NCBI GenBank assembly: GCA_946061495.1
Contig: CAMGSV010000001.1
Span: 1-38,413, forward strand
DNA: 38,413 nt
DNA from: an uncultured Spirochaetales bacterium
Lineage (GTDB): Bacteria; Spirochaetota; Spirochaetia; Treponematales; Treponemataceae
Direction: 5' to 3'
Of the stretch, positions 1 to 10,043 are shown piece after piece; within the stretch, counting starts at the first letter, position 1; every line of letters begins with the position of its first letter. The notes beneath the pieces were generated by a model. It did no database searches, was not told the origin of the DNA, and saw only the letters and a list, made by a program, of their open reading frames with translations. Made by a program: the position numbers and the translations under genes.

Positions 1-923
1 AGTCCACGGGCATGGTACTTCTCGTAGATGGCCTTGAGGTTGGGAATCTCCTTGTGGCAAGGCTGGCACCAGGAAGCCCAGAAGTCGAGCAGCAGGTACC
101 TGTTGTTGTGGTGGATGAAGGAGAGCAGCTTCTCCTCGCCATTGAGGTTCTTGACCGTTACGGTAGGTGCGATGTCACCCACCAGTGTGGGAGGATAGAC
201 CTCATCCTTGACCTCACGTCCGTAGTAGCTCAGTTTGGCTGCATCTCCCAGCGAGTTGTAGAGTTCTCGGAATCCCTTGCCGAGGCGACCTGCAAGACGC
301 AACATGAAGAGAGGACCCATGAACGAATCCCGGTGCATGCGAACCACCTCCTCAAAGAGCTCCCCACGCTCCTCAAAGCTCTGTATCGTGCGTTCTATGT
401 ATTCCTTGCCCCGTGGCGTCTGGTAGATGGCAGCAATGGCCTCCTCGTTGTCGTTCATCTTACTGTTCTCGATGACGCGCACCACATCCTTGAACTGGCT
501 CTTCACGTCATCCTCCAGGCTGTCTATCGTCTCGCGGTACGCGCGGATGACATGGGTGTAGTGTTCCTGGTGCTGAGCCCCTTCTACATCGAGGCGGTGC
601 AACCGGTACGTGTTTCCGTTGCGCACACGTCCCTTCACGCTTACCGTCTCCCCGGGCGAGAGCAGCAACTCCAGCACACTGCTTTGACCCTTCACGCCCA
701 GCACCACCACTCGCGGTTCGTTGAGCGGCAGTGCCACTTCTTTTGCATCTACGGCCGCCATGCTGAGGATGTGTGGAGTTACCGACTTGTTGTTCGCTCC
801 CCAGGAGAGCGTCAGCGTGTCATTTGCACGCACATTCTTGAGATTGAAATTCAGCACTGCCTCACGCTGGGCATAAGCCAGGGTGGTCAGTGACATCAGG
901 ATGCAGGCTAAAGTTTTTTTCAT
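1..923 (-). CDS. TlpA/ResA-family thiol-disulfide oxidoreductase with N-terminal signal peptide (Bacteroidales type); runs off the window edge
   Basis: Not in the ORF track because it has no stop in the window. My translation of the minus strand from ATG 923 (alternative 932) gives MKKTLACILMSL... and near the edge LLLDFWASWCQPCHKEIPNLKAIYEKY, the classic WCxxC thioredoxin motif. Confidence 0.85.
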   Translation of the reverse strand, partial: MKKTLACILMSLTTLAYAQREAVLNFNLKNVRANDTLTLSWGANNKSVTPHILSMAAVDAKEVALPLNEPRVVVLGVKGQSSVLELLLSPGETVSVKGRVRNGNTYRLHRLDVEGAQHQEHYTHVIRAYRETIDSLEDDVKSQFKDVVRVIENSKMNDNEEAIAAIYQTPRGKEYIERTIQSFEERGELFEEVVRMHRDSFMGPLFMLRLAGRLGKGFRELYNSLGDAAKLSYYGREVKDEVYPPTLVGDIAPTVTVKNLNGEEKLLSFIHHNNRYLLLDFWASWCQPCHKEIPNLKAIYEKYHARG

Positions 924-974
924 GGTTCTCATTGTTTAATGGGTTTGGGTGGATATGTTTACTGTTTTAAAGAA

Positions 975-1033
975 TCAGGAGCGTGGTATTCCCACCGGGG
1001 ACATTCCCCACGGTTGGCATACCACACTCCTGA
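975..1033 (-). terminator. Long imperfect hairpin downstream of rho
   Basis: tcaggag-cgtggtat...ataccac-actcctga arms, just 3' of the rho stop on the minus strand. Confidence 0.45.
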
Positions 1034-1043
1034 AGATACCGTT

Positions 1044-1658
1044 TTATGAGTTCATGCTGAGGAGGAATTCCTCGTTGTGTCGGGTCATCTCCAACCGTTT
1101 CTTGACCTCGTTCATGGCCTCTATGGGGTTCATGTCGGAGAGGTACTTGCGGAGAATCCACATGCGGTCCAGCGTCAGCTTGTCATGCAGCAGGTCGTCG
1201 CGACGCGTGGAACTTGCCACGATGTTGACCGCCGGGAAGATGCGCTTGTTGGCCAGTGTGCGGTCCAGCTGCAACTCCATGTTGCCCGTACCCTTGAACT
1301 CCTCGAAGATGACTTCGTCCATCTTGCTGCCCGTGTCGATGAGGGCCGTGGCGATGATGGTGAGGCTGCCGCCTCCCTCAATGTTGCGGGCTGCGCCGAA
1401 GAAGCGTTTCGGCTTGTGCATGGCGTTGGCATCCACACCACCCGTCAGCACCTTGCCGCTGGCGGGAGTCACCGTGTTGTAGGCTCTGGCCAGACGGGTG
1501 ATGGAGTCGAGGAATATCACTACGTCGTGCCCACATTCCACCATGCGCTTGGCCTTCTCCAGTACGATGTTGGCGATACGCACATGGCGTTCTGCCGGTT
1601 CGTCGAAGGTGCTGGCTATGACCTCTGCATTCACGGTGCGGGCCATGTCGGTCACCTC
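1044..1658 (-). pseudogene. rho: Transcription termination factor Rho, C-terminal ATPase half only (5' part missing at the junction)
   Basis: [67 protein letters not shown]. Homology stops abruptly at ~1659. Ending ...EEFLLSMNS resembles Bacteroidales Rho. Confidence 0.95.
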
Positions 1659-1659
1659 C

Positions 1660-1899
1660 CTCGTATTCGTTGGCTGTAGTGATGTATTCGATGGAAGCGG
1701 CCCGTGACACAAGTATCTGCGTCTTGATGTCCTTGCGGCCGGAAAAATAAGAGGAGAGGCGGTTCTTCAGGTTCTTGGCCTTTCCCACATAAATCACGGT
1801 GCCTGCCTCGTCTTTCCAGAAGTAGACGCCGCTTGTAGAAGGAGCTTTGTGAGCCGTGTCGTGGAGTTGTTGTCGTCGTTCTTTGCTGTCTGTTTTCAT
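1660..1899 (-). pseudogene. uvrC: Excinuclease ABC subunit C, N-terminal GIY-YIG domain only (80 aa, truncated at the junction)
   Basis: MKTDSKE...[11 protein letters not shown]...[17 protein letters not shown]...[11 protein letters not shown], after which the expected ALLLE is replaced by rho sequence. Confidence 0.9.
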
Positions 1900-1909
1900 G
1901 TCGATACAA

Positions 1910-3424
1910 GTGAATAGAAAAGTCATACCCTGTTTTGCCCTCCTTTGTCTACTGGTGGGGCAGTCGGTTTTCTCCATGGAAAAGACCATGCAGCTGGGGG
2001 GCAGCAAGGGCTGGAACCAGATTTCCGCCATGGATGGCATCACCACCGGTCCCGGCAGGTTCGGGGAGGCATCCCTTGAGCTGGCCACTGCCTCCCGTAG
2101 GGTGTCGCCCCACACGGAGATGCTGTTCTCCTTCGAGGGAGACCAGCTGCAGGACGAGGCGGGCCGCTTCTCCGTGGCCAGCTCCGGTATCCGCCTGGTG
2201 CAGGATGCGGCCATGGGCAAGGGTGCGGGGCTTTCCACGGGTGGGGACACCGGTTTTTCTGTCATCGGACCTCCCGGCTCCATCTTCTCCACCTTGGATT
2301 GGTCGGGCTCCTTTTCCATGGAATTCTGGCTCTGCCCCTCGGTGGTGGACAACGGCGAGACGGTCATCTCCTGGAAGTCCAGCCGCAATGTGGAGGGCTA
2401 CTCCCTGTACCAGATTCTTTCCGCCACCTTCGTCAGCAACAGGCTCCGCTGGAATTTCACCAACCTCTTCGCCGGTTACACCTACAACAAGGGCGAGATT
2501 ATCCTGACAGGCTCCAAGAGCATCATCCCTGGCAAGTGGTCCCACCACATCCTCTCCTACAACGAGGAGACCGGATTGCTGGAGTATCGGGTGAACGGTC
2601 TGGTGGAGGACTTGAAGTACATCACCATCACCGGAGGGGAGCGGGGGGGGGCCTATCCCTTGGTGTTGGGAAATCCAGCCCCCTTGGATATTTCCTCCTC
2701 GTACGCAGGAAAGATTGACGACTTTAGAGTCTTGAATGCCTATATCTCCAACACCGAGGAGTTCTTCTACCAAAATCAGGAAAACTATCAGACAGGGTGG
2801 ACAGCAGTCCGGTACACTGTTGACGGTGGAAGCTTTATGAGCAAGCCTCTGGAGGTTCCTGCCGGCAGCCAGTTGCTGCGCCTGGATGCCCAGACCCTTG
2901 TTCCTGAGGAGACCGGGGTGGAGTATTTCGTGCGTGCCGGCGACAACTTCTACAGCTGGAACCAGAGCAGTCCCGCCTGGATTCCTGTTCGGCCGGGCCA
3001 GCCCATAGAAGGGGTTGAGGGGCGGTTCTTCCAGGTGCTGGTGCGGATGTATCCTGACGGTGCGGGGACAAAGACCCCTTCCATCACTTCCATTTCTTTG
3101 ACTTACAAGGAGAATGAGCCTCCGCTGCCCCCCTTCTACGTGAAGGCTACTGCAGGTAACGGATCCGTGGAATTGATCTGGTCCCACACCATCGACAAGT
3201 CCACCAGCTACTACGTCTATTATGGCGAGCGGCCGGGGGAGTATTTGGGACGTGTTGCATTGGAGGGCAGCTCTCCCGTAAAGGTGGGAATCCAGAATTC
3301 CATTAGGCTCACCGGGCTGAAGAACGGCAGAATCTACTATTTTGCCGTAGCGTCTGAATACAATGGCCAGATTGGGCCCTTGTCGCAAGAGGTGTATGCC
3401 CGGCCTACGGTCCAATCATATTGA
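1910..3424 (+). CDS. Exported LamG/concanavalin-like plus C-terminal fibronectin type III domain protein
   Basis: Signal-peptide-like N-terminus; [24 protein letters not shown] (LamG-like); [12 protein letters not shown]...YYVYYG...[16 protein letters not shown] (Fn3). Start uncertain (GTG 1910 or ATG 1898). Confidence 0.75.
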   Translation: MNRKVIPCFALLCLLVGQSVFSMEKTMQLGGSKGWNQISAMDGITTGPGRFGEASLELATASRRVSPHTEMLFSFEGDQLQDEAGRFSVASSGIRLVQDAAMGKGAGLSTGGDTGFSVIGPPGSIFSTLDWSGSFSMEFWLCPSVVDNGETVISWKSSRNVEGYSLYQILSATFVSNRLRWNFTNLFAGYTYNKGEIILTGSKSIIPGKWSHHILSYNEETGLLEYRVNGLVEDLKYITITGGERGGAYPLVLGNPAPLDISSSYAGKIDDFRVLNAYISNTEEFFYQNQENYQTGWTAVRYTVDGGSFMSKPLEVPAGSQLLRLDAQTLVPEETGVEYFVRAGDNFYSWNQSSPAWIPVRPGQPIEGVEGRFFQVLVRMYPDGAGTKTPSITSISLTYKENEPPLPPFYVKATAGNGSVELIWSHTIDKSTSYYVYYGERPGEYLGRVALEGSSPVKVGIQNSIRLTGLKNGRIYYFAVASEYNGQIGPLSQEVYARPTVQSY

Positions 3425-3438
3425 GGAAAGGGGAGTAT

Positions 3439-6114
3439 ATGACACCAGAAGTTTCGTCCACCCACAAGAACACCCTCTTCCGTGCCAAGTCTGCTGTGTT
3501 GGCCCGGGACTTCGATCTGGCTACGAGACTTTTCAAGCGGGTTCTGAAGGAGCATCCCGACAATGTCGAGGTGATGCATGAGTTGGCCGCCACCTATGTC
3601 CGCAGCGGACAGGATGAGCAGGCCCTCCTGGTTTGCCAGGAGATTCTTGAGAAGGACAGAAACGATTTTGGTGCCCTGGTGAGTCTCGGCGGAATCTACC
3701 GTCGGCTTGGTCGCTACGAGGAGTCCGTCTCCGTGTTGGAGCGGGCGCTGGCCCTGAACGAGGATAGCGTCCAGACCTATTACAATCTGGGCTTTACCTA
3801 CAAGCAGATGGAGCGGTATGATGATGCCTTGGAGTGCTTCAACAATGTAATCGAGGACGATCCAACTGATATTCTGGCCTACAATCATCTGGGGCACATT
3901 TATTCGCTGCGGGATGACAGCAAGAATGCCATCGCTTCCTATCGACGGGGATTGCAGCTGGATGCCAACCATCCCATTCTCCACTACAACCTTGCCTATG
4001 AGTACGAGAAGCTGGGGCGTGACGATGAGGTGCAGACCGAGTACGAGGCTGCGCTCCGGTCCAAGCCAGGGTGGAGCGAGGCTATCAACAGCTACGCCCA
4101 CTTCCTCATGTCCCACAACAGGTACAAGGAAGCCTACGAGATTCTCTCCCAGGGAATTCAGGTCACCCCTGAGAATATGCCGCTGCAGCAGGCCATGGGA
4201 ATGGTGCAGCTGAAGCGGGGTGAGTACGGCGATGCTGGCCAGCGGTTCAGGACAGTGCTGGAGTACGACAGCAACGATCCCATGGCCATGATGGGCTTGG
4301 CCGATGTCTATGTCTATGAGGGGCGGGAAAATGAGGCATCCAATCTGCTGGAGAAGGTGGAGTCCACGCCCCTCCGGAGCAAGGGTGAGCGGATGCAGTA
4401 CGCCCGCAGTCTCTTGAACGCCAATAAATTTGACTCGGCGGGAGCCCTCATCAAGGGCCTGCTGGATGAGTATGACTATGACTTGGCCACCGTCCATCTG
4501 GTGGCGGAGTATTATGCCTGCTGCAATGATATGGCACGGCTTGATCAGAGTCTCGACAGAATCAATGGTCTGGACAGCGCTTATTTCCTTCATTTTTTGG
4601 ATATTGCTCTCAGGTTCCGACAGATTGGCAATTTCGAGCGGGCACAGGTGTATTTGGTGGAGTATCTGAAGCGGCTGCCCAATGATCCGGTGGCCTTGGC
4701 CGCCTTGGCCTCCTGCTACGAGCAGTGCAATCAGTATGGGGATGCCATGCGGTTCTACCAGCGGGCCCTCACCAAGGATTCCCAGAATTCCATGCTGCAG
4801 GGGGCCTTGGAGCGAATTTCTCGTGCTTCCGAGCTGGGGCTTCATGAAGAGGTGGTGGAGGAGCCCACTGGGATTCCGCCAATAGTGACTCCATCCTTGG
4901 TGGAACTTGGTGATGACTGCCTGAAGCCAGGGGAAGAGCAGCTGGTGGTACGGCAGGAGGATCACGTGGAAAACCTGTACGTGTCCCCTGAGCCAGAACC
5001 GGTGATGGCCATTATGAAGCTGGATTCTTCCACCAACTCCAAGGGGATGACCCACTACGACCCATTGGTGATTCACTCCAATGAGCCTGATAACAATATG
5101 GATGTTCCTCCCTCAGGCCTTTCAGCCCTTGCCCATGACGATGGGCCGGTGGACTACGATCCATTGTATGCTCCCAATACCCCTCCTTCCTTCCATGATG
5201 AGGAGGATGCGATATTCGACAATGTAGACCAGACTCCGGAGGAGCATTTCCTTCAGGAAGCGCCCCGGCCGCCGCTTTCTGAAAAGGCCCATCAAGCTCC
5301 TCAGAAACAGGTGCTTCCGGAATTGCCTGTGTATGAGAAGTCCCCTGTGGAGCGGGAACTGGTGGAGGAGGATTTCGAGATTGTTCCAGAGCCTCCCAAA
5401 AAGGAGTCAGAAAAGACAAAGGACAGGGAGCCTTCCGAGGATGAGTTGGCCATGCCATGGGACTTTGACGGTGACCCCAGTGATTTTGAGCCGGAACCTG
5501 AGCCTGAAGAACTTGAGGTGGTGGAGGATGAGGTATCGGAGCCTGCTCCCCTGGAGCCTGTGGAGGATGAAGGCTTTGGCGATAGTGGGGAGCTGGAGGT
5601 TCTTTCCGACGACAAAGAGAGCACGTCTATCTCCCGGAACAAGCCTTTGAGGTTTGCGGAGGAGGAAAGGGGTGCAGATGGTCAGGTGGAGGAGCTGATT
5701 CCCCAAGGCATTCTTCTGGAAATCAACCGGTTGCTGGAGAACAAGGAGCTGTTGGAAAGGCACGGTGACGTGGTGCGGCTCTTCCGGGAAATGAAGCTCT
5801 TGTGCGAGCATCTGCCCCAGGTGAAGCGAGAAGGCTTCTATGCCGGTATGAAGCGGATGCAGATGGATTATATCATCAGCAAGCTGTCCGGCAAGCCAGG
5901 GCTGCTGGAGGTGGCAGAGACGCTCCGGGACAAGGGACTGGTGCGTGTGCCTGCCGAAAAGTATGACATCGTGGAGCGGTTCGACGAGCCGGCTGTGTCA
6001 GCAAGGGTTATCAGCCTGATGCGTCCCTTGGTGCAGCAGTTGCCGGACAAGGATGATGCCCTGTCTCTGGACAGCTCCCTCAGAAATATTTTAGAGCGTC
6101 TGGCTAAGCTGTAG
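3439..6114 (+). CDS. Tetratricopeptide-repeat protein with acidic Pro/Glu-rich linker and C-terminal domain
   Basis: Many TPR motifs (YYNLGFTY, YNHLGHIY, HYNLAYEY) over the first ~460 aa; GGGAG RBS before ATG 3439. Confidence 0.85.
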   Translation: MTPEVSSTHKNTLFRAKSAVLARDFDLATRLFKRVLKEHPDNVEVMHELAATYVRSGQDEQALLVCQEILEKDRNDFGALVSLGGIYRRLGRYEESVSVLERALALNEDSVQTYYNLGFTYKQMERYDDALECFNNVIEDDPTDILAYNHLGHIYSLRDDSKNAIASYRRGLQLDANHPILHYNLAYEYEKLGRDDEVQTEYEAALRSKPGWSEAINSYAHFLMSHNRYKEAYEILSQGIQVTPENMPLQQAMGMVQLKRGEYGDAGQRFRTVLEYDSNDPMAMMGLADVYVYEGRENEASNLLEKVESTPLRSKGERMQYARSLLNANKFDSAGALIKGLLDEYDYDLATVHLVAEYYACCNDMARLDQSLDRINGLDSAYFLHFLDIALRFRQIGNFERAQVYLVEYLKRLPNDPVALAALASCYEQCNQYGDAMRFYQRALTKDSQNSMLQGALERISRASELGLHEEVVEEPTGIPPIVTPSLVELGDDCLKPGEEQLVVRQEDHVENLYVSPEPEPVMAIMKLDSSTNSKGMTHYDPLVIHSNEPDNNMDVPPSGLSALAHDDGPVDYDPLYAPNTPPSFHDEEDAIFDNVDQTPEEHFLQEAPRPPLSEKAHQAPQKQVLPELPVYEKSPVERELVEEDFEIVPEPPKKESEKTKDREPSEDELAMPWDFDGDPSDFEPEPEPEELEVVEDEVSEPAPLEPVEDEGFGDSGELEVLSDDKESTSISRNKPLRFAEEERGADGQVEELIPQGILLEINRLLENKELLERHGDVVRLFREMKLLCEHLPQVKREGFYAGMKRMQMDYIISKLSGKPGLLEVAETLRDKGLVRVPAEKYDIVERFDEPAVSARVISLMRPLVQQLPDKDDALSLDSSLRNILERLAKL

Positions 6115-6140
6115 GAGTGATTTCTGAAAGGAAATAGAAC

Positions 6141-6174
6141 GGCCCGAAGGTGTCCTTCACCTTCGGGTCTTTTT
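6141..6174 (+). terminator. Rho-independent terminator
   Basis: cccgaaggtg-tcctt-caccttcggg perfect 10-bp stem followed by tcttttt. Confidence 0.85.
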
Positions 6175-6240
6175 CATGTGCTGTTCCAACAGGTGGTGAC
6201 ACCGACCGATGGAGGCCGGCGTCAAAAGCAGCTGCTGACA

Positions 6241-7503
6241 CTACAACAGAATAATGCGGGCGCTGGTGAGCACCTGGTTTCCTTCCTCTGTAATGAGGAT
6301 GTCGTTTTCCAGGCGGCATCCACCCATGGCTGGGTCGTAGAGGCCCGGCTCCAGCGTCACCACCATTCCCGGCTTGAAGCAGGCGGTGTCAGGCTGGCTG
6401 GGACGGACGGTGGGCCACTCGTGGGCTTCCAGTCCGTAGCCGTGGCCCAGGGAATGGGGCATGGCTCTTCCTGCGGCGGCAAATACTTCGTCCACCTTTT
6501 GGGCTGGTTTCTTGATGGGAATGTCCGGTTTGTACAGCTCCAGTGCCGCCTCATAGGCCGCCTGAACGAGATTCAGCTGCTGCTGCTGCTCGGCTGTCAG
6601 GGGGCCCTTGGCAAAGGTGAGGGTGACGTCACTGGTGTAGCCCTCCACCACCACTCCGAAATCCAGAATGGAAAGTCCTTGGGCGGGAAACTCACCGGCG
6701 GTGTAGGGGGGGAAGCAGTGGATGCCGAAGCTCCGGGCGGGACCAGCCGCCAAAGTCTCGAAGCCTGTCCCCTCACAGCCTGCGGCACGACATTCCCTCT
6801 CGATGAGGAGGGCGGCATCCAGCTCTGTGGTGATGGAGCCCTCTCGGACTCTCTGCTCCAGCACCAGGATGAGTTGGTCGGTGATGGCCGCCGCCCGCTT
6901 GATGCAGCTGATTTCGTATTGATCCTTGATTGCTCTCATGGCCACCGCGTCCTGATGGACTCCATCTTCACGGCACAAAAGATGCGCGGCTGTGGCTGGA
7001 TGCGCGGCGGCCAAGGCCTGGGAGACGGCCTTCTGGTAGGTGGCGTAGGCGGGATAGGGCAGGGAGGGTGGCAGCTCCACCTGGAGGCTGTGTCCTTGGG
7101 AATGGGCTGGCATGCGGGCCAAAAGCTGCGCCAGGGCGGTGGGGGCGGATCGGTTGAAGTCGGTGTAGGGCAGGATGGAGTCAACGGTAGCCATCTGGCG
7201 GGCCATGTTCACATCCCAGGGAATCAGCACCGACTCCCCGTCTGCGGTGAGTGCCAGCAGCGCGTCGCCAGGCTGGCCGGTGAAGTAGCGGATGGAGGGA
7301 TCCAGCCTGCCCTCCGAGTCCTCAAAGAAGGCCACGTCAATCTTCTTTTCCCGAAGGATTTTTGCAAAGGCAGCCTGCCTCTGGCGGCAGAAGTCTGCCA
7401 GGTGCAAGGTGTCTGGATGCACGCTGGCGTCGCCGGGCCCCTTTGCAACGGTAGTTCTTTCAAGGTCAGCAGTCATTGTCATTTGATGCTTGTTGTCGCT
7501 CAT
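6241..7503 (-). CDS. Xaa-Pro aminopeptidase/dipeptidase (M24B)
   Basis: ILDFG, YTSDVT, HSLGHGYGLEAHE, TLEPGLY, GCRLENDIL metal-ligand motifs. ATG 7503 overlaps the murJ stop (TAATG). Confidence 0.9.
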   Translation of the reverse strand: MSDNKHQMTMTADLERTTVAKGPGDASVHPDTLHLADFCRQRQAAFAKILREKKIDVAFFEDSEGRLDPSIRYFTGQPGDALLALTADGESVLIPWDVNMARQMATVDSILPYTDFNRSAPTALAQLLARMPAHSQGHSLQVELPPSLPYPAYATYQKAVSQALAAAHPATAAHLLCREDGVHQDAVAMRAIKDQYEISCIKRAAAITDQLILVLEQRVREGSITTELDAALLIERECRAAGCEGTGFETLAAGPARSFGIHCFPPYTAGEFPAQGLSILDFGVVVEGYTSDVTLTFAKGPLTAEQQQQLNLVQAAYEAALELYKPDIPIKKPAQKVDEVFAAAGRAMPHSLGHGYGLEAHEWPTVRPSQPDTACFKPGMVVTLEPGLYDPAMGGCRLENDILITEEGNQVLTSARIILL

Positions 7504-9086
7504 TATTTCCTCCTGAGTTTTCTTGCGATCACTTGGACCAGGGAATCCCTGGTGACAATCAGCAGCCCCACTCCCACTGCCCCAAAAATCAGGGCGGCCA
7601 GCAGCAGGGGCAGTCCCTCCTGCAAAATCCTGGTGCCAAAGGTGAACAGGGAGAAGAGCCTGTCCTTCAGCAGAATCAGGGGAATGGAGGCAATGGCGGA
7701 AAGTGCCACCATCTTCAGGGAGTAGCCCACCATGCCACGAACCACCGTACCCAGGGCGAACCGCTTTGTGCGGGCCAGGAAGACCAGCAGGAAGATGGTG
7801 TTGGCCAGACTTGCCAAACTCAAGGCCAATGCGATGCCGCCGCCAGCCATGGGCTTTACCAGAATCAGGGCCAGGGCAATGTTCACGGCAAAGCCCAGGA
7901 TGCCTGCGGTGGCGGGGGACTTGGTGTTGCCCTGGGCGTAGAAGGCCGGGGAGATGATGCGGTTGGCGGCGATGAAGAAGAGGCCGGAAATGTGGAAGAT
8001 GAAGGCTTCGAGGGTCAGTCGCACCGATTCCTGGTCGAAATTCTTGGACTTGTACACCAAGGCGATGATGTGCTCCCCGGTGATGAGGGAGAAGAAGGTG
8101 ATGGGAATGGTGATGAGTGCGATGATTTTCACCGACTGGGTGAGCATAGCCCCGAATTCCTCCCATTGCTGCCGCTTTGCCAGCCCCGCCATGTCCGGTA
8201 GGATGACCGTACCGATGGAGACGGCGAAGATGCCCAGAATCAGCTCCTGGAGCCGCAGGGAGTACTGGAGGCTGGACACCACACCGGTGCCAGCATGACC
8301 TGCCAGGGAGGTGGACACCACGTCGTTCAGCTGATAGGCAGCCATACCGATGATGGTAGGTCCCACCAAGGCGATCACCTTCTTGGTGCCGGGGTTGGAG
8401 AAGGCTTTTTTCAGGGAAGTGAGGGACACCCTCCAGCCGCCTTTCAGCACGAAGGGGAGCTGGAAGGCGGCCTGCACCGTTCCTCCTGCCATGACACCAA
8501 TGGCCATAGCCCGGGCGGGATTGGTGGTGAAGGGTGAGAGGAGGTAGGTGGCGGCAATGACGATGATGTTGAAAAGTATGGGGGTAAATCCTGACGGTGC
8601 AAAGATTTTCAGTCCATTGAGGATGCCCTGGAAAAAGGCCGCCACGGAAATCACCAGCAGGTAGGGAAACATGATGCGGGTCAGCAGGGTGGTTTCCTCC
8701 AATACGGTGAGGTTGCCATCCTTGTAGAACAGGGGAACGAGAAAGGGGGTGAGGCAGATTCCCAGCACCACCACCGCCGTGGTAAGGAAGGTCACCAGGG
8801 TGCAGGTGGCGTTGACGAAATCCTGGGTTTCTTGACGGCCCGATTCCGTGTCGGCAGTCTCAAGGTAGGCCTTGAAGGTGGGGATGAAGGCCACCGAGAT
8901 GCTGTTTTCTGCAAAGAGGCGGCGGAACAGGTTGGGAATCATAAAGGCTATGCCGAAGGCATCCGCCAGGTAGGAGGTACCCAGAAAGGCTGCCTTGGTG
9001 GCCTCCCGCACCAGTCCCAGCACACGGGAGACGAGGGTCAGCAGGGAAAGCTGGGCACCGGCCGCCAGCAAGGATTTCTTCTTCAT
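7503..9086 (-). CDS. murJ: Lipid II flippase MurJ (MviN)
   Basis: SRVLGLVRE, ADAF..AF.IPNLFRRLFAE, FYAQGNTKSP; multi-TM profile. Confidence 0.95.
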   Translation of the reverse strand: MKKKSLLAAGAQLSLLTLVSRVLGLVREATKAAFLGTSYLADAFGIAFMIPNLFRRLFAENSISVAFIPTFKAYLETADTESGRQETQDFVNATCTLVTFLTTAVVVLGICLTPFLVPLFYKDGNLTVLEETTLLTRIMFPYLLVISVAAFFQGILNGLKIFAPSGFTPILFNIIVIAATYLLSPFTTNPARAMAIGVMAGGTVQAAFQLPFVLKGGWRVSLTSLKKAFSNPGTKKVIALVGPTIIGMAAYQLNDVVSTSLAGHAGTGVVSSLQYSLRLQELILGIFAVSIGTVILPDMAGLAKRQQWEEFGAMLTQSVKIIALITIPITFFSLITGEHIIALVYKSKNFDQESVRLTLEAFIFHISGLFFIAANRIISPAFYAQGNTKSPATAGILGFAVNIALALILVKPMAGGGIALALSLASLANTIFLLVFLARTKRFALGTVVRGMVGYSLKMVALSAIASIPLILLKDRLFSLFTFGTRILQEGLPLLLAALIFGAVGVGLLIVTRDSLVQVIARKLRRK

Positions 9087-9385
9087 GGGTGGCAGTATAG
9101 CAGATGTAAACTAATAGTAAAAGGGGGATGCAGACTGGTCAGCTGGATTCCTAGCTGGTTTCCAATCCCAGCAGCTCGGCAGTGGCGCTAGAGCCAATCT
9201 GTCCGTACAGAAAAAGCCTCAGCTCCTGCTGGTAGTGTCCAGAAATGCACCGTGCAAATGGCGGTGGCAAACTTCACGTATTCTTAATATTTTTTTGAAA
9301 AATAAAGGTTTTGGGGATTTATTATGTTCTATTTTTCCTATAGGATGGTAGCAGTTGATACCATCGCAGATGTTCAGGAGGCTCC

Positions 9386-9841
9386 ATGTATCCACCCTTT
9401 TTCAATCCCTTCTTCAATTTCTCAAACAATCTGGAGGAGACAAAGACGGTTCTCAAGGATCGATTTCTCACTGAAGAGGAGACGAATTTCTTCTTTGAGA
9501 AGCTGCGGGAGTACAACCAGAAGTATTTTGTCAATATGCAGTATTGGTTCGTCAATTTCCTGGAGCGGGTGGTGCGCATGGAGAATTTCAACTTCTACAG
9601 CTACTCTCCCCTGACCTACTGGTGGGAGAACCAGTGGATAGGTTCCAAGCAAAAGCTCTCCAAGAGGCTGGGTGACGAGGGCTTCAACGCCTTCTTCATC
9701 ATGGTGGAGGATTTCATTGCGGAGGATGAGGAGCTCAGCCAGGAGGAGCGCTCCCAGCTGCAGGAAATTGCTCAGGTCTGCAAGATAAAGGCGATGAAAA
9801 ACTGGAGTCATGTTACCAGCATGCCCAGGGGAATTCTCTAG
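9386..9841 (+). CDS. Hypothetical protein (151 aa, aromatic-rich)
   Basis: AGGAGG RBS before the ATG; codon usage similar to neighbours; no motif recognised. Confidence 0.65.
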   Translation: MYPPFFNPFFNFSNNLEETKTVLKDRFLTEEETNFFFEKLREYNQKYFVNMQYWFVNFLERVVRMENFNFYSYSPLTYWWENQWIGSKQKLSKRLGDEGFNAFFIMVEDFIAEDEELSQEERSQLQEIAQVCKIKAMKNWSHVTSMPRGIL

Positions 9842-9908
9842 AGGTGTTGTACCCTGCAATGAAATAGTTTTTTTAAACGAAAGCTTTTGGCTGGTTTTCT
9901 CTCCAGCC

Positions 9909-9937
9909 TTGCCCCCATCCTTTTTTTTAGGTATAAT
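9909..9937 (+). promoter_or_regulatory. Sigma70-type promoter for citrate synthase
   Basis: TTGCCC-17 bp-TATAAT; the spacer contains a T8 run. Confidence 0.55.
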
Positions 9938-10043
9938 TACGAAAAATCTATTAGAATGTAGTATGTGGGCAGAAGGCCTTTAGTTCTGCCGTACATCATA
10001 GTGCATCACGGCTGGTCTTTCCAGCCTTCGGGAGGAGAAAATA

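Noticed and set aside
12-893. 293-aa plus-strand ORF
   Set aside because: Antisense shadow of the minus-strand WCxxC thioredoxin gene.
1378-2388. 336-aa minus ORF as one protein, and the 1044-1712 ORF as a complete Rho
   Set aside because: Both are composites that read through the uvrC/rho junction; only 1660-1899 and 1044-1658 show homology.
9090-9380. Possible riboswitch or sRNA between murJ and the hypothetical gene
   Set aside because: Only short, weak stems and no recognisable family consensus; an Rfam/Infernal scan would be needed.
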